Shown one piece after another: positions 1-9,600 of a stretch of DNA of 64,000 nt. The notes beneath the pieces are model-generated. The model was not told the origin of the DNA and made no database searches. It saw nothing but the letters and a program-made list of their open reading frames with translations. The stretch lies in the NCBI GenBank assembly GCA_964057225.1, contig OZ059894.1, positions 4,402,001 to 4,466,000 on the forward strand, given 5' to 3'. The translations under genes were made by a program, and so were the position numbers. Each line of letters begins with the position of its first letter. Position 1 is the first letter of the stretch. This DNA is from Auanema rhodensis (taxonomy: Eukaryota > Animalia > Nematoda).

Positions 1-6
1 ATGCGG

Positions 7-57
7 ATTTTTAAGCTGCGTCGATCTGTGTTATCAGATTTGCGCTAGCTTAAAAAT
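7..57. repeat. Inverted repeat 1 (present in almost every monomer)
   Basis: atttttaagct (7-17) is the reverse complement of agcttaaaaat (47-57). Inner pairs are gcg 18-20/cgc 43-45 and atctg 24-28/cagat 35-39, with a 6-nt loop. Confidence 0.93.
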
Positions 58-61
58 GCAC

Positions 62-100
62 CGAGATATCAACTGATATAAGTTCACACTTATATCCTCG
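62..100. repeat. Inverted repeat 2 with an overlapping alternative dyad
   Basis: gatataagt (75-83)/acttatatc (88-96) with loop tcac; outer cgag 62-65/ctcg 97-100. The alternative dyad is atatca 66-71/tgatat 74-79. Confidence 0.9.
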
Positions 101-170
101 ATTTTCACCCTGAAGAATTAATTTTTTCGTTGAATAACATTGTCCATCGTCTTTGCCTTGAAAAAAGGAA

Positions 171-242
171 TCTAAAAACATCTACTTTTTGCTAAATTAT
201 TTTGAAATTTTTTGAAAAAATTTTTGTCAAAATGTTTTTGGA
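171..242. repeat. Inverted repeat 3 (nested, A/T-tract rich)
   Basis: tctaaaaacat (171-181)/atgtttttgga (232-242) match at 10 of 11. attttga 199-205/tcaaaat 227-233. Most copies also carry the central palindrome tttttcgaaaaa (e.g. 559-570 in M2). Confidence 0.8.
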
Positions 243-246
243 AGCA

Positions 247-274
247 ATGTTGAGTGTACATGGAAACTCAACAT
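247..274. repeat. Inverted repeat 4
   Basis: atgttgagt (247-255)/actcaacat (266-274), a perfect 9-bp stem with a 10-nt loop. Confidence 0.9.
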
Positions 275-1053
275 ACACTAATGCATCATTTTTCAAACGA
301 TCATAACTAATTTTTGTATTGAGCGTTTCTCAATGTAGTATAGTGCATTCGATGCGGATTTTTAAGCTGCGTCGATCTGTGTTATCAGATGTGCGCTAGC
401 TTAAAAATGCACCGAGATATCAACTGATATAAGTTCACACTTATATCCTCGATTTTCACCCTGAAGGAATAATTTTTTCGTTGAATAACATTGTCCATCG
501 TCTTTGCCATGAAAAAAGGAATCTAAAAACATCTACTTTTCGCTAAATTATTTTGAAATTTTTCGAAAAAATTTTTGTCAAAATGTTTTTGGAAGCAATG
601 TTGAGTGTACATGGAAACTCAACATACACTAATGCATCATTTTTCAAACGATCATAACTAATTTTTGTATCAAGCGTTTCTCAATGTAGTTTAGTGCATT
701 CGATGCGGATTTTTAAGCTGCGTCGATCTGTGTTATCAGATTTGCGCTAGCTTAAAAATGCACCGAGATATCAACTGATATAAGTTCACACTTATATCCT
801 CGATTTTCACCCTGAAGGAATAATTTTTTCGTTGAATAACATTGTCCATCGTCTTTGCCTTGAAAAATGGAATCTAAAAACATCTACTTTTTGCTAAATT
901 ATTTTGAAATTTTTCGAAAAAATTTTTGTCAAAATGTTTTTGGAAGCAATGTTGAGTGTACATGGAAACTCAACATACACTAATGCATCATTTTTCAAAC
1001 GATCATAACTAATTTTTGTATCAAGCGTTTCTCAATGTAGTTTAGTGCATTCG

Positions 1054-4000
1054 ATGCGGATTTTTAAGCTGCGTCGATCTGTGTTATCAGATTTGCGCTA
1101 GCTTAAAAATGCACCGAGATATCAACTGATATAAGTTCACACTTATATCCTCGATTTTCACCCTGAAGGAATGATTTTTTCGTTGAATAACATTGTCCAT
1201 CGTCTTTGCCATGAAAAAAGGAATCTAAAAACATCTACTTTTTGCTAAATTATTTTGAAATTTTTCGAAAAAATTTTTGTCAAAATGTTTTTGGAAGCAA
1301 TGTTGAGTGTACATGGAAACTCAACATACACTAATGCATCATTTTTCAAACGATCATAACTAATTTTTGTATCAAGCGTTTCTCAATGTAGTTTAGTGTA
1401 TTCGATGCGGATTTTTAAGCTGCGTCGATCTGTGTTATCAGATTTGCGCTAGCTTAAAAATGCACCGAGATATCAACTGATATAAGTTCACACTTATATC
1501 CTCGATTTTCACCCTGAAGGAATAATTTTTTCGTTGAATAACATTGTCCATCGTCTTTGCCATGAAAAAAGGAATCTAAAAACATCTACTTTTCGCTAAA
1601 TTATTTTGAAATTTTTCGAAAAAATTTTTGTCAAAATGTTTTTGGAAGCAATGTTGAGTGTACATGGAAACTCAACATACACTAATGCATCATTTTTCAA
1701 ACGATCATAACTAATTTTTGTATCAAGCGTTTCTCAATGTAGTTTAGTGCATTCGATGCGGATTTTTAAGCTGCGTCGATCTGTGTTATCAGATTTGCGC
1801 TAGCTTAAAAATGCACCGAGATATCAACTGATATAAGTTCACACTTATATCCTCGATTTTCACCCTGAAGGAATAATTTTTTCGTTGAATAACATTGTCC
1901 ATCGTCTTTGCCTTGAAAAATGGAATCTAAAAACATCTACTTTTTGCTAAATTATTTTGAAATTTTTCGAAAAAATTTTTGTCAAAATGTTTTTGGAAGC
2001 AATGTTGAGTGTACATGGAAACTCAACATACACTAATGCATCATTTTTCAAACGATCATAACTAATTTTTGTATCAAGCGTTTCTCAATGTAGTTTAGTG
2101 CATTCGATGCGGATTTTTAAGCTGCGTCGATCTGTGTTATCAGATTTGCGCTAGCTTAAAAATGCACCGAGATATCAACTGATATAAGTTCACACTTATA
2201 TCCTCGATTTTCACCCTGAAGGAATGTTTTTTTTCGTTGAATAACATTGTCCATCGTCTTTGCCATGAAAAAAGGAATCTAAAAACATCTACTTTTTGCT
2301 AAATTATTTTGAAATTTTTCGAAAAAATTTTTGTCAAAATGTTTTTGGAAGCAATGTTGAGTGTACATGGAAACTCAACATACACTAATGCATCATTTTT
2401 CAAACGATCATAACTAATTTTTGTATTAAGCGTTTCTCAATGTAGTGTAGTGCATTCGATGCGGATTTTTAAGCTGCGTCGATCTGTGTTATCAGATTTG
2501 CGCTAACTTAAAAATGCACCGAGATATCAACTGATATAAGTTCACACTTATATCCTCGATTTTCACCCTGAAGGAATAATTTTTTCGTTGAATAACATTG
2601 TCCATCGTCTGTGCCTTGAAAAATGGAATCTAAAAACATTTACTTTTTGCTAAATTATTTTAAAATTTTTCGAAAAAATTTTTGTCAAAATGTTTTTGGA
2701 AGCAATGTTGAGTGTACATGGAAACTCAACATAAACTAATGCATCATTTTTCAAACGATCATAACTAATTTTTGTATCAAGCGTTTCTCAATGTAGTTTA
2801 GTGCATTCGATGCGGATTTTTAAGCTGCGTCGATCTGTGTTATCAGATGTGCGCTAGCTTAAAAATGCACCGAGATATCAACTGATATAAGTTCACACTT
2901 ATATCCTCGATTTTCACCCTGAAGGAATAATTTTTTCGTTGAATAACATTGTCCATCGTCTTTGCCATGAAAAAAGGAATCTAAAAACATCTACTTTTCG
3001 CTAAATTATTTTGAAATTTTTCGAAAAAATTTTTGTCAAAATGTTTTTGGAAGCAATGTTGAGTGTACATGGAAACTCAACATACACTAATGCATCATTT
3101 TTCAAACGATCATAACTAATTTTTGTATCAAGCGTTTCTCAATGTAGTTTAGTGCATTCGATGCGGATTTTTAAGCTGCGTCGATCTGTGTTATCAGATT
3201 TGCGCTAGCTTAAAAATGCACCGAGATATCAACTGATATAAGTTCACACTTATATCCTCGATTTTCACCCTGAAGGAATAATTTTTTCGTTGAATAACAT
3301 TGTCCATCGTCTTTGCCTTGAAAAATGGAATCTAAAAACATCTACTTTTTGCTAAATTATTTTGAAATTTTTCGAAAAAATTTTTGTCAAAATGTTTTTG
3401 GAAGCAATGTTGAGTGTACATGGAAACTCAACATACACTAATGCATCATTTTTCAAACGATCATAACTAATTTTTGTATCAAGCGTTTCTCAATGTAGTT
3501 TAGTGCATTCGATGCGGATTTTTAAGCTGCGTCGATCTGTGTTATCAGATTTGCGCTAGCTTAAAAATGCACCGAGATATCAACTGATATAAGTTCACAC
3601 TTATATCCTCGATTTTCACCCTGAAGGAATGATTTTTTCGTTGAATAACATTGTCCATCGTCTTTGCCATGAAAAAAGGAATCTAAAAACATCTACTTTT
3701 TGCTAAATTATTTTGAAATTTTTCGAAAAAATTTTTGTCAAAATGTTTTTGGAAGCAATGTTGAGTGTACATGGAAACTCAACATACACTAATGCATCAT
3801 TTTTCAAACGATCATAACTAATTTTTGTATTAAGCGTTTCTCAATGTAGTGTAGTGCATTCGATGCGGATTTTTAAGCTGCGTCGATCTGTGTTATCAGA
3901 TTTGCGCTAACTTAAAAATGCACCGAGATATCAACTGATATAAGTTCACACTTATATCCTCGATTTTCACCCTGAAGGAATGATTTTTTCGTTGAATAAC

Positions 4001-6670
4001 ATTGTCCATCGTCTTTGCCATGAAAAAAGGAATCTAAAAACATCTACTTTTTGCTAAATTATTTTGAAATTTTTCGAAAAAATTTTTGTCAAAATGTTTT
4101 TGGAAGCAATGTTGAGTGTACATGGAAACTCAACATACACTAATGCATCATTTTTCAAACGATCATAACTAATTTTTGTATCAAGCGTTTCTCAATGTAG
4201 TTTAGTGTATTCGATGCGGATTTTTAAGCTGCGTCGATCTGTGTTATCAGATTTGCGCTAGCTTAAAAATGCACCGAGATATCAACTGATATAAGTTCAC
4301 ACTTATATCCTCGATTTTCACCCTGAAGGAATAATTTTTTCGTTGAATAACATTGTCCATCGTCTTTGCCATGAAAAAAGGAATCTAAAAACATCTACTT
4401 TTCGCTAAATTATTTTGAAATTTTTCGAAAAAATTTTTGTCAAAATGTTTTTGGAAGCAATGTTGAGTGTACATGGAAACTCAACATACACTAATGCATC
4501 ATTTTTCAAACGATCATAACTAATTTTTGTATCAAGCGTTTCTCAATGTAGTTTAGTGCATTCGATGCGGATTTTTAAGCTGCGTCGATCTGTGTTATCA
4601 GATTTGCGCTAGCTTAAAAATGCACCGAGATATCAACTGATATAAGTTCACACTTATATCCTCGATTTTCACCCTGAAGGAATAATTTTTTCGTTGAATA
4701 ACATTGTCCATCGTCTTTGCCTTGAAAAATGGAATCTAAAAACATCTACTTTTTGCTAAATTATTTTGAAATTTTTCGAAAAAATTTTTGTCAAAATGTT
4801 TTTGGAAGCAATGTTGAGTGTACATGGAAACTCAACATACACTAATGCATCATTTTTCAAACGATCATAACTAATTTTTGTATCAAGCGTTTCTCAATGT
4901 AGTTTAGTGCATTCGATGCGGATTTTTAAGCTGCGTCGATCTGTGTTATCAGATTTGCGCTAGCTTAAAAATGCACCGAGATATCAACTGATATAAGTTC
5001 ACACTTATATCCTCGATTTTCACCCTGAAGGAATGATTTTTTCGTTGAATAACATTGTCCATCGTCTTTGCCATGAAAAAAGGAATCTAAAAACATCTAC
5101 TTTTTGCTAAATTATTTTGAAATTTTTCGAAAAAATTTTTGTCAAAATGTTTTTGGAAGCAATGTTGAGTGTACATGGAAACTCAACATACACTAATGCA
5201 TCATTTTTCAAACGATCATAACTAATTTTTGTATTAAGCGTTTCTCAATGTAGTGTAGTGCATTCGATGCGGATTTTTAAGCTGCGTCGATCTGTGTTAT
5301 CAGATTTGCGCTAACTTAAAAATGCACCGAGATATCAACTGATATAAGTTCACACTTATATCCTCGATTTTCACCCTGAAGGAATAATTTTTTCGTTGAA
5401 TAACATTGTCCATCGTCTGTGCCTTGAAAAATGGAATCTAAAAACATTTACTTTTTGCTAAATTATTTTAAAATTTTTCGAAAAAATTTTTGTCAAAATG
5501 TTTTTGGAAGCAATGTTGAGTGTACATGGAAACTCAACATAAACTAATGCATCATTTTTCAAACGATCATAACTAATTTTTGTATCAAGCGTTTCTCAAT
5601 GTAGTTTAGTGCATTCGATGCGGATTTTTAAGCTGCGTCGATCTGTGTTATCAGATGTGCGCTAGCTTAAAAATGCACCGAGATATCAACTGATATAAGT
5701 TCACACTTATATCCTCGATTTTCACCCTGAAGGAATAATTTTTTCGTTGAATAACATTGTCCATCGTCTTTGCCATGAAAAAAGGAATCTAAAAACATCT
5801 ACTTTTCGCTAAATTATTTTGAAATTTTTCGAAAAAATTTTTGTCAAAATGTTTTTGGAAGCAATGTTGAGTGTACATGGAAACTCAACATACACTAATG
5901 CATCATTTTTCAAACGATCATAACTAATTTTTGTATCAAGCGTTTCTCAATGTAGTTTAGTGCATTCGATGCGGATTTTTAAGCTGCGTCGATCTGTGTT
6001 ATCAGATTTGCGCTAGCTTAAAAATGCACCGAGATATCAACTGATATAAGTTCACACTTATATCCTCGATTTTCACCCTGAAGGAATAATTTTTTCGTTG
6101 AATAACATTGTCCATCGTCTTTGCCTTGAAAAATGGAATCTAAAAACATCTACTTTTTGCTAAATTATTTTGAAATTTTTCGAAAAAATTTTTGTCAAAA
6201 TGTTTTTGGAAGCAATGTTGAGTGTACATGGAAACTCAACATACACTAATGCATCATTTTTCAAACGATCATAACTAATTTTTGTATCAAGCGTTTCTCA
6301 ATGTAGTTTAGTGCATTCGATGCGGATTTTTAAGCTGCGTCGATCTGTGTTATCAGATTTGCGCTAGCTTAAAAATGCACCGAGATATCAACTGATATAA
6401 GTTCACACTTATATCCTCGATTTTCACCCTGAAGGAATGATTTTTTCGTTGAATAACATTGTCCATCGTCTTTGCCATGAAAAAAGGAATCTAAAAACAT
6501 CTACTTTTTGCTAAATTATTTTGAAATTTTTCGAAAAAATTTTTGTCAAAATGTTTTTGGAAGCAATGTTGAGTGTACATGGAAACTCAACATACACTAA
6601 TGCATCATTTTTCAAACGATCATAACTAATTTTTGTATTAAGCGTTTCTCAATGTAGTGTAGTGCATTCG
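1054..6670. repeat. Tandem 8-monomer duplication (M4-M11 / M12-M19) built on a 4-mer pattern
   Basis: The order of diagnostic variants repeats with period about 2808 bp. The rare monomer with gctaac, ctgtgcc, catttac, ttttaaa and ataaact occurs at M8, M16 and M20. Confidence 0.75.
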
Positions 6671-9600
6671 ATGCGGATTTTTAAGCTGCGTCGATCTGTG
6701 TTATCAGATTTGCGCTAACTTAAAAATGCACCGAGATATCAACTGATATAAGTTCACACTTATATCCTCGATTTTCACCCTGAAGGAATAATTTTTTCGT
6801 TGAATAACATTGTCCATCGTCTGTGCCTTGAAAAATGGAATCTAAAAACATTTACTTTTTGCTAAATTATTTTAAAATTTTTCGAAAAAATTTTTGTCAA
6901 AATGTTTTTGGAAGCAATGTTGAGTGTACATGGAAACTCAACATAAACTAATGCATCATTTTTCAAACGATCATAACTAATTTTTGTATCAAGCGTTTCT
7001 CAATGTAGTTTAGTGCATTCGATGCGGATTTTTAAGCTGCGTCGATCTGTGTTATCAGATGTGCGCTAGCTTAAAAATGCACCGAGATATCAACTGATAT
7101 AAGTTCACACTTATATCCTCGATTTTCACCCTGAAGGAATGATTTTTTCGTTGAATAACATTGTCCATCGTCTTTGCCATGAAAAAAGAAATCTAAAAAC
7201 ATCTACTTTTTGCTAAATTATTTTGAAATTTTTCGAAAAAATTTTTGTCAAAATGTTTTTGGAAGCATTGTTGAGTGTACATGGAAACTCAACATACACT
7301 AATGCATCATTTTTCAAACGATCATAACTAATTTTTGTATCAAGCGTTTCTCAATGTAGTTTAGTGCATTCGATGCGGATTTTTAAGCTGCGTCGATCTG
7401 TGTTATCAGATTTGCGCTAGCTTAAAAATGCACCGAGATATCAACTGATATAAGTTCACACTTATATCCTCGATTTTCACCCTTAAGGAATGATTTTTTC
7501 GTTGAATAACATTGTCCATCGTCTTTGCCATGAAAAAAGGAATCTAAAAACATCTACTTTTCGCTAAATTATTTTGAAATTTTTCGAAAAAATTTTTGTC
7601 AAAATGTTTTTGGAAGCAATGTTGAGTGTACATGGAAACTCAACATACACTAATGCATCATTTTTCAAACGATCATAACTAATTTTTGTATTGAGCGTTT
7701 CTCAATGTAGTATAGTGCATTCGATGCGGATTTTTAAGCTGCGTCGATCTGTGTTATCAGATTTGCGCTAACTTAAAAATGCACCGAGATATCAACTGAT
7801 ATAAGTTCACACTTATATCCTCGATTTTCACCCTGAAGAATTAATTTTTTTGTTGAAAAACATTGTCCATCGTCTTTGCCTTGAAAATTGGAATCTAAAA
7901 ACATCTACTTTTTGCTAAATTATTTTGAAATTTTTCGAAAAAATTTTTGTCAAAATGTTTTTGGAAGCAATGTTGAGTGTACATGGAAACTCAACATACA
8001 CTAATGCATCATTTTTCAAACGATCATAACTAATTTTTGTATCAAGCGTTTCTCAATGTAGTATAGTGCATTCGATGCGGATTTTTAAGCTGCGTCGATC
8101 TGTGTTATCAGATTTGCGCTAACTTAAAAATGCACCGAGATATCAACTGATATAAGTTCACACTTATATCCTCGATTTTCACCCTGAAGGAATAATTTTT
8201 TTGTTGAATAACATTGTCCATCGTCTTTGCCTTGAAAATTGGAATCTAAAAACATCTACTTTTTGCTAAATTATTTTGAAATTTTTCGAAAAAATTTTTG
8301 TCAAAATGTTTTTGGAAGCAATGTTGAGTGTACATGGAAACTCAACATACACTAATGCATCATTTTTCAAACGATCATAACTAATTTTTGTATCAAGCGT
8401 TTCTCAATGTAGTTTAGTGCATTCGATGCGGATTTTTAAGCTGCGTCGATCTGTGTTATCAGATTTGCGCTAGCTTAAAAATGCACCGAGATATCAACTG
8501 ATATAAGTTCACACTTATATCCTCGATTTTCACCCTGAAGAATTAATTTTTTTGTTGAATAACATTGTCCATCGTCTTTGCCTTGAAAAAAGGAATCTAA
8601 AAACATCTACTTTTTGCTAAATTATTTTGAAATTTTTTGAAAAAATTTTTGTCAAAATGTTTTTGGAAGCAATGTTGAGTGTACATGGAAACTCAACATA
8701 CACTAATGCATCATTTTTCAAACGATCATAACTAATTTTTGTATTGAGCGTTTCTCAATGTAGTTTAGTGTATTCGATGCGGATTTTTAAGCTGCGTCGA
8801 TCTGTGTTATCAGATTTGCGCTAGCTTAAAAATGCACCGAGATATCAACTGATATAAGTTCACACTTATATCCTCGATTTTCACCCTGAAGAATTAATTT
8901 TTTCGTTGAATAACATTGTCCATCGTCTTTGCCTTGAAAAAAGGAATCTAAAAACATCTACTTTTTGCTAAATTATTTTGAAATTTTTTGAAAAAATTTT
9001 TGTCAAAATGTTTTTGGAAGCAATGTTGAGTGTACATGGAAACTCAACATACACTAATGCATCATTTTTCAAACGATCATAACTAATTTTTGTATTGAGC
9101 GTTTCTCAATGTAGTATAGTGCATTCGATGCGGATTTTTAAGCTGCGTCGATCTGTGTTATCAGATGTGCGCTAGCTTAAAAATGCACCGAGATATCAAC
9201 TGATATAAGTTCACACTTATATCCTCGATTTTCACCCTGAAGGAATAATTTTTTCGTTGAATAACATTGTCCATCGTCTTTGCCATGAAAAAAGGAATCT
9301 AAAAACATCTACTTTTCGCTAAATTATTTTGAAATTTTTCGAAAAAATTTTTGTCAAAATGTTTTTGGAAGCAATGTTGAGTGTACATGGAAACTCAACA
9401 TACACTAATGCATCATTTTTCAAACGATCATAACTAATTTTTGTATCAAGCGTTTCTCAATGTAGTTTAGTGCATTCGATGCGGATTTTTAAGCTGCGTC
9501 GATCTGTGTTTTCAGATTTGCGCTAGCTTAAAAATGCACCGAGATATCAACTGATATAAGTTCACACTTATATCCTCGATTTTCACCCTGAAGAATTAAT

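Larger units (their letters stand above)
1..351. repeat. Reference monomer M1 (351 bp, about 31% GC, A/T-tract rich)
   Basis: The next copy starts at 352. Hand count gives 110 G+C in 351 bp. Main polymorphic positions are 40, 48, 116-121, 128, 158, 166, 190, 213, 247, 320-321, 340 and 346. Confidence 0.98.

Noticed and set aside
75-127. Bacterial intrinsic terminators (hairpins near T-runs)
   Set aside because: The stems are AT-rich, there are no upstream genes, and the context is a eukaryotic-type satellite.
125-141. CENP-B box (ttcgttgaa)
   Set aside because: It matches TTCG and the central A but lacks the essential CGGG.
156-168. Compensatory covariation between positions 158 and 166
   Set aside because: The common haplotypes T/T and A/A are mismatches in the local cc..gg stem, and I never saw A/T. 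Three haplotypes are explained by stepwise mutation and linkage.
110-267. Hammerhead ribozyme or retrozyme (CTGAAGA at 110-116, GAAAC at 263-267, 351-bp tandem unit)
   Set aside because: CUGANGA is present only in a minority allele. Stems I and II cannot be formed around the core, and the triplet opposite GAAAC is GUG rather than NUH. The minus strand has only CTGATAA. An Infernal/Rfam ribozyme scan of a dimer would settle it.
1-351. 5S rDNA, tRNA, snRNA or spliced-leader tandem gene unit
   Set aside because: No recognisable conserved RNA gene sequence or tRNA cloverleaf. Frequent T4-T6 runs on both strands would terminate Pol III.
2221-2236. Singleton +1 T-run variant in M7
   Set aside because: It is a homopolymer change absent from the duplicate M15. 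It may be a sequencing or consensus error and is not interpretable.
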